Assembly (NCBI GenBank): GCA_038108555.1
Contig: JAYNIA010000007.1
Coordinates: 69,838-93,507, forward strand
DNA length: 23,670 bases
DNA from: Nitrospinota bacterium
GTDB taxonomy: Bacteria > Nitrospinota > Nitrospinia > Nitrospinales > VA-1
Direction of reading: 5' to 3'
Shown here: one piece after another, positions 1-8,888 of the stretch
Position numbering within the stretch: position 1 is the first letter of the stretch
Layout of the letters: every line of letters starts with the position of its first letter
Translations under genes and position numbers: made by a program
Notes under the pieces: model-generated
Databases searched by the model: none
What the model saw: the letters and a program-made list of their open reading frames with translations, nothing else
What the model was told of the DNA's origin: nothing

Positions 1-2
1 CC

Positions 3-95
3 CGCCGCTTGGAACAGGACATCACTTTTTTGGGTATCGGTGACAATCAAGCCTTTTACTTAGAACTTGGCAACATTACATTCCCCGTAAGGTGA
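3..95 (+). CDS. 3' end of an unidentified gene entering from the left edge (partial)
   Basis: Frame 3 is open from the edge (RRLEQDITFLGIGDNQAFYLELGNITFPVR) and ends at TGA 93-95, directly abutting the stop of the convergent gene at 96-98. No family recognised. Confidence 0.4.
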   Translation, partial: RRLEQDITFLGIGDNQAFYLELGNITFPVR

Positions 96-269
96 TCACT
101 TTTTCTTCGATTTACCACCGTCTATTTGGCCGAGTTTGCGCTTTACGGTTTTTTGTTTGTCCTTGTCGAAGTCCACTTTCAGGTAAACACTGTTATCAAA
201 CAATTTACTGACCGTACCTTCTTTTTTCTTCCCCGCAAATTCAAATTTGACCTTATCCCCGACTTTCAT
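96..269 (-). CDS. Small Lys-rich protein (57 aa), probable SH3/KOW/Tudor-like beta-barrel (DUF2187/YkvS-like pattern)
   Basis: Read by hand because it is below the ORF-track cutoff: MKVGDKVKFEFAGKKKEGTVSKLFDNSVYLKVDFDKDKQKTVKRKLGQIDGGKSKKK. SD-like GAGGTGG just upstream of the ATG and a sigma70-like promoter at 324-352. Confidence 0.8.
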   Translation of the reverse strand: MKVGDKVKFEFAGKKKEGTVSKLFDNSVYLKVDFDKDKQKTVKRKLGQIDGGKSKKK

Positions 270-323
270 AACACCACCTCTTTAAAAAACAAGTAATTTC
301 CAAAAATGTCTACGAAGGAAAGG

Positions 324-352
324 AGATTAAATGAAAACCGATAAAGAGTCAA
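324..352 (-). promoter_or_regulatory. Putative sigma70 promoter of the small basic protein gene
   Basis: Minus strand reads TTGACT-17 nt-TAATCT. Confidence 0.5.
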
Positions 353-380
353 GCGGAGAACCCTGATTGAGGCTATTGTG

Positions 381-409
381 TTGCTCGACACCCCTATGAC
401 TAGTACAAT
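381..409 (+). promoter_or_regulatory. Putative sigma70 promoter of priA-yqaA-cutA
   Basis: TTGCTC-17 nt-TACAAT, about 50 nt upstream of the priA GTG. Confidence 0.5.
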
Positions 410-462
410 CTGGAAACTATCCGGAAACCCCGGTTTACCTTAAGCCTGCTCAATCTTTTATC

Positions 463-2925
463 GTGAAACTTTCCTCCGAAAAGCCTTTTGCCGAGGTTGT
501 ATTTAATCTGCCTGTTAAAGAGGTTTTCACTTATAAAATTCCTCCAGAATTTCTGGGAAAAGTCCATTTGGGGATGCGGGTTTTTGTGCCATTTGGAAGA
601 CGCCGCATCACAGGATATGTGGTCCAGTTGACCTCCAAATGGGACAAACAAATTCAGCTGAAATCTATAAGTGATTTACCGGACACCCAACCCATTGCAG
701 ACAAGGAAATTCTATCGCTTACAAAATGGTTGAGTGATTACTACCAGTGCTCCTGGGGTGAAGCAATCCACGCAGCCCTTCCTGCAGGATTGGACGATGA
801 AATCCGGGAAGAATTTTCCATCACCGAAGCCGGCAGGGAGGCATTAAACAAGAGCGCTTTAACGAAATCCTCCTCCCTCCTTTTACTTTTTATTGCAGAA
901 AAATCCAAAGTCACCATTAAACAATGTCAGAAAAATCTGGGTAAAAAATTCAGCGCCTATTCTCTGGCGCATCTTAAACAGGAAGGACTGGTCACATCAA
1001 ATGAAGTCATTCATAAAAGCACGGTAGGTTACCAATTTATAAAATTCGTCCGACTGAATTCCAAATTTTTAGGAACAGATAAAATCGAACAACTTCTCAA
1101 ACGAAGCCCCAAACAAAAAAAGGTATACGATCAATTATTAAAAGGTGAAATCAGCACCGCCGATTTGGAAAAACAGGTGAAAGGAAGTTCTACAGCTATT
1201 AAAAGTTTAAAAGAGAAAGGTTTGGTGGAAACTTACACCCGTAAAGATGAAAGAAGCAGCGTGGTGGACCTTTCCAATCAACCCATCGGACCATCTCTCA
1301 AATTCACTCCCGAGCAAAAACAGGTTTTCAGCCAACTCAGTGAAGCTATTTCCAAATCAAAGTTTCAACCTTTTCTGTTGCAGGGTGTGACAGGCAGTGG
1401 AAAAACAGAAATCTATATCAGGTGCATTCAACAGGTTCTGGAACAGGGTAAGACGGCCATCATGATGGTTCCCGAGATTTCCCTGACACCACAAACGGTG
1501 GAACGATTTCGCCAGCGGTTTGGCGACCGGGTTGCCATTCTTCACAGCGGTTTATCCCATAGGGAGCGTTATCTGGAATGGAAAAAAATATATGACAAAC
1601 AGGTTTCCATTGCTGTGGGTGCCCGATCCGCAGTTTTTGCCCCTTTCACCAACTTGGGAATCATTGTTATTGACGAAGAACATGATGGATCGTATAAGCA
1701 AGATTCATCACCCCGATACCACGCGCGGGATACAGCAGTAATGCGCGCACGGTCACAAAACGCGGTTGTCCTTCTTGGATCTGCCACTCCTTCCCTTGAG
1801 TCCATTCACAACACGCAACTCGACAAATACAAATACCTTTCGCTGGATAAAAGGGTGGGTGACCGTATGCTCCCTCTGGTAGGCCTCGTGGACATGAGGA
1901 AGGAGCGAAAAGAATTTAAAAACTTTTCCATTTTATCCGGCCAGTTAATTGCAGCCATTCGTGATCGCCTCTCCAGAAAAGAACAAATATTTCTCTTTCT
2001 CAACAGACGTGGAACGGCGCGGTTTGTTTATTGTCCGGATTGTGGTTACGTCATGGAATGCAACCACTGCAGCGTGACACTGACCTTTCATGGAAACGAC
2101 AATCGGCTTCTTTGCCACTACTGCAACTTTGCGGTTCGAATGCCGGGGCACTGTCCCGAATGTCAGGGGGAAGTTATTCGTTTCAGCGGATTCGGCACCC
2201 AAAAACTGGAAGAGGAAACTCTTAAACTGTTTCCAAAAGCCCGAGTGAGCCGGCTGGACCGGGATACGACCCAAAGCAAAAAAGCATTTTCTGAAATGCA
2301 CCGGAAAATGCATTCGGGGGAAATCGACATCCTGATCGGAACACAAATGATCACCAAGGGTCATGACTTCCCCAATGTTACTTTAGTAGGTGTGGTTTCG
2401 GCTGATATCGCCTTGAACATCCCTGACTTCCGTTCCTGCGAGCGGGCTTTTCAACTATTGACCCAGGTGGCAGGAAGGGCGGGACGTGGAAAGGTTCCGG
2501 GAAAGGTTATTATTCAAACCAACAATCCCGACCATTATATGTTTGAATATGTGATGGAACACGATGTGAAGGCTTTCCACGATAAAGAATTAAAACTCAG
2601 AAACCGTTTAAACTATCCCCCCTTCACAAGAATCATAGCCATTGAAGTCACCAGCGAAAATGAACCCCAGGGACAAAGCACCATCGGAAAACTCAGACAA
2701 TCCCTTTCACGACTTGCTCACAAAGAAAAATCCGTCGAACTCATTGGTCCTTCGAAGGCCGCTTTATACCGACTTCAAAATAAATTTCGCTGGCATTTAA
2801 TATTAAAGGGAGGAAACATGAAACAATTGCAAAACATTTTGTTAAAATGTTCGTTGCTGAGTGAAACCAAGACCCGCGATAAAGTCAAAATAACAATCGA
2901 TGTTGACCCGTTAAATCTTCTATAA
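463..2925 (+). CDS. priA: Primosomal protein N' (replication restart helicase)
   Basis: N-terminal RVFVPFGRR 3'-DNA-binding motif, Walker A GVTGSGKT, DEEH, LGSATPS, four CxxC Zn pairs, GTQMITKGHDFP, QVAGRAGR and C-terminal IDVDP. Confidence 0.98.
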   Translation: MKLSSEKPFAEVVFNLPVKEVFTYKIPPEFLGKVHLGMRVFVPFGRRRITGYVVQLTSKWDKQIQLKSISDLPDTQPIADKEILSLTKWLSDYYQCSWGEAIHAALPAGLDDEIREEFSITEAGREALNKSALTKSSSLLLLFIAEKSKVTIKQCQKNLGKKFSAYSLAHLKQEGLVTSNEVIHKSTVGYQFIKFVRLNSKFLGTDKIEQLLKRSPKQKKVYDQLLKGEISTADLEKQVKGSSTAIKSLKEKGLVETYTRKDERSSVVDLSNQPIGPSLKFTPEQKQVFSQLSEAISKSKFQPFLLQGVTGSGKTEIYIRCIQQVLEQGKTAIMMVPEISLTPQTVERFRQRFGDRVAILHSGLSHRERYLEWKKIYDKQVSIAVGARSAVFAPFTNLGIIVIDEEHDGSYKQDSSPRYHARDTAVMRARSQNAVVLLGSATPSLESIHNTQLDKYKYLSLDKRVGDRMLPLVGLVDMRKERKEFKNFSILSGQLIAAIRDRLSRKEQIFLFLNRRGTARFVYCPDCGYVMECNHCSVTLTFHGNDNRLLCHYCNFAVRMPGHCPECQGEVIRFSGFGTQKLEEETLKLFPKARVSRLDRDTTQSKKAFSEMHRKMHSGEIDILIGTQMITKGHDFPNVTLVGVVSADIALNIPDFRSCERAFQLLTQVAGRAGRGKVPGKVIIQTNNPDHYMFEYVMEHDVKAFHDKELKLRNRLNYPPFTRIIAIEVTSENEPQGQSTIGKLRQSLSRLAHKEKSVELIGPSKAALYRLQNKFRWHLILKGGNMKQLQNILLKCSLLSETKTRDKVKITIDVDPLNLL

Positions 2926-2943
2926 CCCCAAAAAATTCTTTAA

Positions 2944-3531
2944 ATGAAACTTATCCGATCTGCCTACGACTGGGTTTTGCACTGGGCCGCAACACCCTAT
3001 GCACTACCAGCCCTTTGCGCAATTGCCTTTGTTGAATCCTCCTTCTTTCCCATTCCTCCAGACGTTTTACTGATTGCCATGACCGTCGCCGTCCCCACAA
3101 TGTGGATACGTTTTTCCCTTTTTTGCTCCATCGCTTCTGTTGTTGGAGGAATGTTTGGATATTTTATTGGTTACCAGTTCATGGACCTTGTAGGCCAGAA
3201 AATTGTAGACTTTTACCATCTACAGGAAACTTTCGATAAAATTGGAGGACTCTACAACGAGCATCAGGGCTGGGCCGTTGCCGCTGCAGGTTTCACTCCC
3301 CTTCCCTACAAAATCTTTACCCTGGCCGCTGGGACTTTCAAAATTAATTTTCCAACCTTTGTTTTGGCCTCTTTTATCAGTCGCTCTGCACGTTTTTTCC
3401 TGGTGGGATTTTTAATATACAAATTCGGTCCCCCAGTGAAAGCGCTGATCGAAAAATATTTTAACCTTTTCAGTATCGTGTTTTTCGTTTTGCTCGTGTT
3501 AGGATTTTATTTGTTAAAATTTGTGCTTTGA
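2944..3531 (+). CDS. DedA/YqaA family membrane protein
   Basis: AFVESSFFPIPPD and GFTPLPYKIFTLAAG motifs, plus hydrophobic segments. Confidence 0.92.
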   Translation: MKLIRSAYDWVLHWAATPYALPALCAIAFVESSFFPIPPDVLLIAMTVAVPTMWIRFSLFCSIASVVGGMFGYFIGYQFMDLVGQKIVDFYHLQETFDKIGGLYNEHQGWAVAAAGFTPLPYKIFTLAAGTFKINFPTFVLASFISRSARFFLVGFLIYKFGPPVKALIEKYFNLFSIVFFVLLVLGFYLLKFVL

Positions 3532-3545
3532 CCTAGGAGGTTCGC

Positions 3546-3866
3546 ATGGATGAGCATTGCGTCATTTTTATTACCGCCGGCTCAAAAGAGGAAGCCGAAA
3601 AATTAAGCCGCGGACTGGTAGAAAAAAAACTCGCTTTCTGTGTTAACACGGTTCCCGGTATTCAGTCGACTTATCATTGGGAAGGAAAGATCCACGTCGA
3701 TAACGAAATTCTATTGATTGCAAAAACCCGGCAGCAAAAATATGGCGCCCTGGAAAACTGGGTGAAACAACAACACAGCTACGATGTTCCGGAAATAATT
3801 GCTCTTCCCATTCAAAAGGGACTGCCGGAATATTTGAAAGCGATAGACGACTGGGTTAAGGGCTAA
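3546..3866 (+). CDS. cutA: Divalent-cation tolerance protein CutA
   Basis: LVEKKLAFCVN, STYHWEG and HSYDVPEIIALPI motifs; AGGAGG SD upstream. Confidence 0.96.
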   Translation: MDEHCVIFITAGSKEEAEKLSRGLVEKKLAFCVNTVPGIQSTYHWEGKIHVDNEILLIAKTRQQKYGALENWVKQQHSYDVPEIIALPIQKGLPEYLKAIDDWVKG

Positions 3867-3891
3867 GACTAATATTGTTGATATTTTCATC

Positions 3892-4004
3892 CAACCCCCC
3901 TATTCCCCCCTTATTAGGGGGGACATTGGATTAGCTTCCCCCTGACAATACCCGTGCCGGGCATAAAATTTAAGGTGGAATATCACAGGGGGATTGAGAG
4001 GATT
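3892..4004. repeat. C/G-tract palindromic mini-element (REP/MITE-like), copy 1, with a 39-nt insertion in the second loop
   Basis: Hairpins TCCCCCCT-tatt-AGGGGGGA and TCCCCCT-...-AGGGGGA, colinear with the copy at 5072-5138. Confidence 0.8.
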
Positions 4005-4032
4005 AATCTTTTTCGCCTTGAAAATTAAACCC

Positions 4033-5001
4033 ATGGCAAATTTCATTCAAAAAAAAGACTGGCAGATTTCAGAGAACCTCGCCACCCCTGAGTCCGCTTA
4101 CCTGAGACGAAGAGAATTCATTCAAGGCACCGCTCTGACTTCCGTGGCAACCGTAGGAGCGTTGTATGGATGCGGACCTTCTGCCATTCCCAACAAACTC
4201 CAGGAAATTGAATGGAATGAAATTGAAAAATCCATTTATCCCGCCAAACGCAATTCCAATTTCGAACTCGATCGTCCCATGACAGATGAAAAAATCGCCG
4301 GGACTTATAATAATTTTTACGAGTTCGGATCAGACAAAACAGATCCTGTCCATTACGCACAAAAACTAAACACAAGGCCGTGGAAGATTGAAGTGGGTGG
4401 ATTGGTCAACAAGCCCAAAACGCTTGACATCGATGACTTGTTGAAAACCATGCCGATCGAAGAAAGATTGTACCGGCTTCGTTGTGTAGAGGCCTGGGCC
4501 ATGGCGGTCCCGTGGACGGGATTTGCCTTTAAGGAACTTTTAAAACTGGTGAACCCGAAGTCTTCCGCCACACATGTCAAGATGGAAACTTTTTATCAAC
4601 CCTTCACCGCTCAAGGGCAACTGGCGTTCTGGGAACCCTGGGCCTATACCGAAGCTTTGACAATAGAGGAGGCCATGAACGATCTTGCTTTTCTTGCAAC
4701 TGGAATTTATGGTCATCCCCTGGCAAAACAACATGGGGCTCCCCTTCGACTTGCAGTTCCCTGGAAGTATGGATTCAAAAGTATCAAATCTATCGTAAAA
4801 ATAGAACTGGTGGACTATCAACCCATGACTTTCTGGACCACCCTTCAGGGACTTGAGTACGACTTTACGGCCAATGTTGATCCGCGCATCCCGCATCCCC
4901 GCTGGCCGCAAAACCGGGAAAAGATGATCGGCACCAATGCGGTCCGCGCCACACTGCCTTACAATGGGTATGGTGAATACGTTGCTAAAATGTACCGCTA
5001 G
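4033..5001 (+). CDS. msrP: Periplasmic protein-methionine-sulfoxide reductase catalytic subunit (Mo-cofactor)
   Basis: Tat motif RRREFI, TYNNFYEFG, RLRCVEAW (Mo-ligating Cys), HGAPLRLAVPWKYGFKSIKSI and TLPYNGYGE. Start moved to ATG 4033 because the track's TTG 3994 lies inside the repeat. Confidence 0.96.
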   Translation: MANFIQKKDWQISENLATPESAYLRRREFIQGTALTSVATVGALYGCGPSAIPNKLQEIEWNEIEKSIYPAKRNSNFELDRPMTDEKIAGTYNNFYEFGSDKTDPVHYAQKLNTRPWKIEVGGLVNKPKTLDIDDLLKTMPIEERLYRLRCVEAWAMAVPWTGFAFKELLKLVNPKSSATHVKMETFYQPFTAQGQLAFWEPWAYTEALTIEEAMNDLAFLATGIYGHPLAKQHGAPLRLAVPWKYGFKSIKSIVKIELVDYQPMTFWTTLQGLEYDFTANVDPRIPHPRWPQNREKMIGTNAVRATLPYNGYGEYVAKMYR

Positions 5002-5033
5002 AAATAAAACTGCGAATCAGTCATAATCAAAAT

Positions 5034-5486
5034 ATGCGAAGCACACATTCAATTTTTCGAATAAATAAAGCAACCCCCCTAGCCCCCCTTAACAGGGGGG
5101 AATTCAACCTCCCCCTGACAAGGGGGATTGAGGGGGTTTTAAATATCTTTCCATTGGCAAAAAAGGTTTTCTTGTGGACTGGATTGGCAATCCTGATTTC
5201 ATTTGCACCGCAATTTCTCGAAGCCTCTCCTAAAGAAACACCTATTAAAAAAGAAAAAGTTTCAAAAAAAATCTATACCGTGATTGAATTTGAATCAACA
5301 TTCATGAACCGAAGGAAGGAAGAAATACTGAAAACCCTGGGAGAACCTGACAGTAAAAACCAGGTTCAGGAAAAAGAGGTATGGAAATACAAACAACTCG
5401 TTAAAGACAAGGGAAAGACCTGGGACCAGAATATCATGTTCGACTTTGGAAGGGTCAACTATATCTGGTCTGACAATAGCAATTAA
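5034..5486 (+). CDS. Hypothetical exported protein with a BamE/SmpA-like C-terminal pattern; start uncertain (ATG 5034 or TTG 5154)
   Basis: Signal-peptide-like AKKVFLWTGLAILISFAPQFLEA, and an EEILKTLGEPD...EVWKY pattern. Confidence 0.7.
   Translation: MRSTHSIFRINKATPLAPLNRGEFNLPLTRGIEGVLNIFPLAKKVFLWTGLAILISFAPQFLEASPKETPIKKEKVSKKIYTVIEFESTFMNRRKEEILKTLGEPDSKNQVQEKEVWKYKQLVKDKGKTWDQNIMFDFGRVNYIWSDNSN
5072..5138. repeat. C/G-tract palindromic mini-element (REP/MITE-like), copy 2, intact
   Basis: Outer arms AACCCCCCT/AGGGGGTT enclose hairpins CCCCCCT-taac-AGGGGGG and TCCCCCT-gaca-AGGGGGA. Confidence 0.85.
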
Positions 5487-5490
5487 CCCG

Positions 5491-5808
5491 TCATTTCTTG
5501 AAAAACAGCTCCAGTTGAGCGCCCACGAATCCGGCGATGGCCCCTCCGGTGCCGGCGGCGATGATTAAAATATCGCGGTCTCCCGTTCGGTATCCCAGCC
5601 AGGCACCGATCAGAACTCCCAGACAGATGATCACCATATAGCGACGGCCACCGAGCCAGCCCACAAAACCCCCAACCACCGTTCCCAAAAACCCTGCAAT
5701 AGCCATCAGCAGGGGACTGTCCATCACCAGCCCGATCAGCAATCCTGTGGTGCCGATCAACACCATCCCCAGATAAATTTCTTTTTTGTTTCGGGATTTG
5801 GCCATCAT
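5491..5808 (-). CDS. Small Gly-rich membrane protein (glycine-zipper helices)
   Basis: About four hydrophobic segments with repeated GxxxG and a basic N-terminus. ATG at 5808/5805 preferred over TTG 5841. Confidence 0.8.
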   Translation of the reverse strand: MMAKSRNKKEIYLGMVLIGTTGLLIGLVMDSPLLMAIAGFLGTVVGGFVGWLGGRRYMVIICLGVLIGAWLGYRTGDRDILIIAAGTGGAIAGFVGAQLELFFKK

Positions 5809-5847
5809 AAATTTCTTGTATCTAGAGCCTTCTTTGGGCAAAAAAAA

Positions 5848-5897
5848 GTCACCCTGAGTTCATCGAAGGGTAAATCCCTCGACAAGCTCAGGATGAC
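5848..5897. repeat. REP-like imperfect inverted repeat (GTCAYCCTGAG...TCGA family)
   Basis: GTCACCCTGAGTTCATCGAAGGG-taaat-CCCTCGACAAGCTCAGGATGAC; the arms are near reverse complements. Lies just downstream of pntB. Confidence 0.8.
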
Positions 5898-5934
5898 ATA
5901 TAACAAACAGGATGACCCTGAAAAATGCTAACTT

Positions 5935-7332
5935 TTACAGGTTCTTGAAAACCTCATCCAGACTGGAACGTGCATCGCCGAACAGCATACGCGTGTTCTC
6001 TTTAAAGAAAAGTGGGTTTTGCACACCGGCATAACCGGTGGCCATTCCACGTTTCAGGACGATGGTCGTTCCACCCAACCAGCATTCCATAACCGGCATT
6101 CCAGCAATCGGACTGTCTGGATCAGTTTGTGCCGATGGGTTTACAATATCGTTCGCACCGATGACGATGGAGACATCGATATTGGGGAAATCGTCATTGA
6201 TTTCATCCATTTCAAAAACGATATCGTAAGGCACCTTGGCTTCTGCCAGCAGAACATTCATATGCCCCGGCATTCGCCCTGCAACCGGGTGGATGCCAAA
6301 CCGCACGTTGATTTTTTTAGCTCGCAATGCTTTGGTTATTTCATTGACGATATGTTGTGCCTGGGCCACCGCCATTCCATATCCTGGAATGATCATGACC
6401 TCCTTGGACTCCAATAACAATTGAGCCACTTCAGGGGCCTGTAAAGCAACAACTTCACCCTGATCTTCAGCAGCCGCTCCACCGCCTCCACCGGTTGTCG
6501 TTCCAAAGCCACCTGCGATTACCGCCAAAAACTTCCGGTTCATCGCTCGACACATGATGTAACTGAGGATAGCACCACTGCTACCAACCAGCGCGCCGGT
6601 AACGATCAGAAGGTCGTTATTGAGCATAAAACCGGTTGCCGATGCCGCCCAACCGGAATAGCTGTTGAGCATGGAAACAACCACCGGCATATCAGCGCCA
6701 CCGATCGCCATAACCATATGGACTCCAAATGCAAGGGCAATCGCCGTCATGATCAGCAAAGGCAGGGTTCCTCCCCCTGCAGCAGATTGGTCTACGAACA
6801 TTCCACACAACCAAATGGAAATAATTAACAAGCCAAGATTCAACCAATGGCGTGCGGGTAATAAGACGGGGTTACCCCCAATTTTCCCACTCAATTTTCC
6901 AAACGCGATGATAGATCCTGAGAAGGTAACAGCACCGATGAGGATACCCAGATAAGTTTCAACATCATGGATGGTTAATTCGACCCCGTGAAAATGGGTC
7001 AAGCGACCCGGGTCCATAAAGTTTGCATACCCAACCAGCACCGCTGCAAGTCCCACCAGACTGTGGAGAATAGCAACGAGTTCGGGCATTTCCGTCATTT
7101 GCACCCGTTTTGCAAGGACCAGACCGATGGCCCCACCGCCCACCAGGCCAACAATGAGGAACCCCAGATTTCCTGTGACACCCGCAATAGTTGCGATCAG
7201 TGCCAGGGTCATTCCTATGATTCCATATAGGTTGCCCCGCCTTGCTGTTTCCTGATTACTCAGACCACCCAAGGCTAAAATAAATAGAATGGTTGCCCCG
7301 ACATAAGAGGCGGTTACGATTCCTTCGCTCAT
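5935..7332 (-). CDS. pntB: NAD(P) transhydrogenase beta subunit
   Basis: [62 protein letters not shown] and GAND motifs. Confidence 0.99.
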   Translation of the reverse strand: MSEGIVTASYVGATILFILALGGLSNQETARRGNLYGIIGMTLALIATIAGVTGNLGFLIVGLVGGGAIGLVLAKRVQMTEMPELVAILHSLVGLAAVLVGYANFMDPGRLTHFHGVELTIHDVETYLGILIGAVTFSGSIIAFGKLSGKIGGNPVLLPARHWLNLGLLIISIWLCGMFVDQSAAGGGTLPLLIMTAIALAFGVHMVMAIGGADMPVVVSMLNSYSGWAASATGFMLNNDLLIVTGALVGSSGAILSYIMCRAMNRKFLAVIAGGFGTTTGGGGGAAAEDQGEVVALQAPEVAQLLLESKEVMIIPGYGMAVAQAQHIVNEITKALRAKKINVRFGIHPVAGRMPGHMNVLLAEAKVPYDIVFEMDEINDDFPNIDVSIVIGANDIVNPSAQTDPDSPIAGMPVMECWLGGTTIVLKRGMATGYAGVQNPLFFKENTRMLFGDARSSLDEVFKNL

Positions 7333-7343
7333 TTTCTCGCCTC

Positions 7344-8888
7344 CTATTTGCGAAACATTTCAAGCATGCGACGCGTTACCGCGAATCCGCCTACTATGTT
7401 AATAGATGTAATCAGTACCGCGAACGCAGCCACAAGCATGATCATCGTTTCTTCTGAACTGATCTGTAATATGGCACCAATGACGATGATACTACTGATA
7501 GCATTCGTTACACTCATCAGGGGAGTGTGCAATGCGGCAGTCACATTCCAGATAACCATGTAACCTACAAAACAGGCCAACACAAAAACCGTAAAATGGG
7601 CCATGAATGAAGCTGGTGCCACAGATCCCAATCCAAAAAGCCCTAACCCACCGAGGATAAAGGTAATCAAAGGTCCCAATGCTGAAGGTTTCTCCTCTTC
7701 AGCAGGCTGGGCCGGAGCGGCAGGTTTCTCTTCTTTTTTAGCGGGTTCCGCAGAGAGTTTCGGGGCAGGCGGCGGGAAAGTTATTTCCCCATCCTTGACT
7801 GCCGTGGCTCCCCGGACGACCTCGTCTTCGAAATCGACTTTGGCGACTCCATCTTTCTCCTTACACATGTCTGTCAAAAGGTGTCGCAGATTGGTTCCAT
7901 ACAACTGACTTGCCTGGGCAGCCATGCGACTGGGCAGATCGGTGAACCCAATCAGGGAAACACCATGAACCTTTTTGATGGTTCCGGCTTCAGTGAGTTT
8001 GCAGTTCCCTCCCTGTTCTGCGGCGAGGTCCACCAAAACACTTCCATCTTTCATGGACTCAACCATTTCCGCTTTGATCAATTCGGGAGCTGGTTTGCCC
8101 GGAATCAAAGCTGTGGTGATAATGATATCCACCTCTTTGGCCTGTTCCGCAAACAAGGCCATCTCCGCTTCGATGAATTCTTTACTCATCACTTTTGCGT
8201 AACCGCCGGTTCCAGAACCTTCTTCCTCAAAGTCAAGTTCCAGGAACTCTGCATCCATACTCTCCACCTGTTCCTTGACTTCAGGTCGGGTATCGAAAGC
8301 CCTTACGATTGCTCCCATACTTTTAGCAGCACCAATCGCTGCAAGCCCCGCAACTCCGGCACCTATGACCAGAACCTTTGCCGGGGGAACTTTACCTGCA
8401 GCCGTAATTTGTCCGGTGAAAAACCGTCCAAAATTTTGAGCGGCCTCAACCACGGCGCGGTAACCTGCAATATTGGCCATGGAACTGAGCGCATCCATTT
8501 TCTGTGCCCTGGAAATTCGAGGCACCATATCCATTGCCATTGCGGTAACTTTTTTATCCGCAAGTTTGTTTAAAAGGTCGGGGTTCTGGGCCGGCCAGAG
8601 AAAGGAAATCAGGATCTGGCCTTCTTTGAGCAGGTCGATCTCGGGACCATTCAGTTCTGGTCCACGAACCTTTAAAATAATATCGCTATCGCTCCAAACA
8701 GATTTAGCATCGCTGGCAATGGTCGCACCAGCATCCGAGTAGGACGCATCAGAAAAATGAGCCAGGTCCCCGGCTCCGGTTTCTACAATTACTTCAAAAC
8801 CCAATTTTTTCAGATGGCCGATGACTTCGGGGGTGGTCGCTACCCTCTTCTCACCTTCATGGATTTCTTTGGGAACTCCAATTTTCAT
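7344..8888 (-). CDS. pntA: NAD(P) transhydrogenase alpha subunit (single chain, domain I plus membrane part)
   Basis: MKIGVPKE start, [29 protein letters not shown] Rossmann motif and [14 protein letters not shown]. Confidence 0.99.
   Translation of the reverse strand: MKIGVPKEIHEGEKRVATTPEVIGHLKKLGFEVIVETGAGDLAHFSDASYSDAGATIASDAKSVWSDSDIILKVRGPELNGPEIDLLKEGQILISFLWPAQNPDLLNKLADKKVTAMAMDMVPRISRAQKMDALSSMANIAGYRAVVEAAQNFGRFFTGQITAAGKVPPAKVLVIGAGVAGLAAIGAAKSMGAIVRAFDTRPEVKEQVESMDAEFLELDFEEEGSGTGGYAKVMSKEFIEAEMALFAEQAKEVDIIITTALIPGKPAPELIKAEMVESMKDGSVLVDLAAEQGGNCKLTEAGTIKKVHGVSLIGFTDLPSRMAAQASQLYGTNLRHLLTDMCKEKDGVAKVDFEDEVVRGATAVKDGEITFPPPAPKLSAEPAKKEEKPAAPAQPAEEEKPSALGPLITFILGGLGLFGLGSVAPASFMAHFTVFVLACFVGYMVIWNVTAALHTPLMSVTNAISSIIVIGAILQISSEETMIMLVAAFAVLITSINIVGGFAVTRRMLEMFRK

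Noticed and set aside
314..366. Strong SD (GAAGGAAAGGAG) before an 11-codon ORF MKTDKESSGEP on the + strand
   Set aside because: It lies upstream of the predicted + strand promoter and overlaps the minus-strand promoter, which explains the sequence; there is no evidence of transcription or conservation.
3892..5897. Palindromic repeats as a possible CRISPR array or integron attC sites
   Set aside because: Only two copies about 1.1 kb apart plus one unrelated palindrome; no regular spacers, cas genes, integrase or attC core-site pattern.
6019..8742. Long antisense ORFs over pntAB (e.g. 7881-8573, 230 aa) and similar shadow ORFs over priA, thyX and ppx
   Set aside because: They fully overlap well-conserved genes, lack recognisable motifs, and are expected from codon bias on the coding strand.
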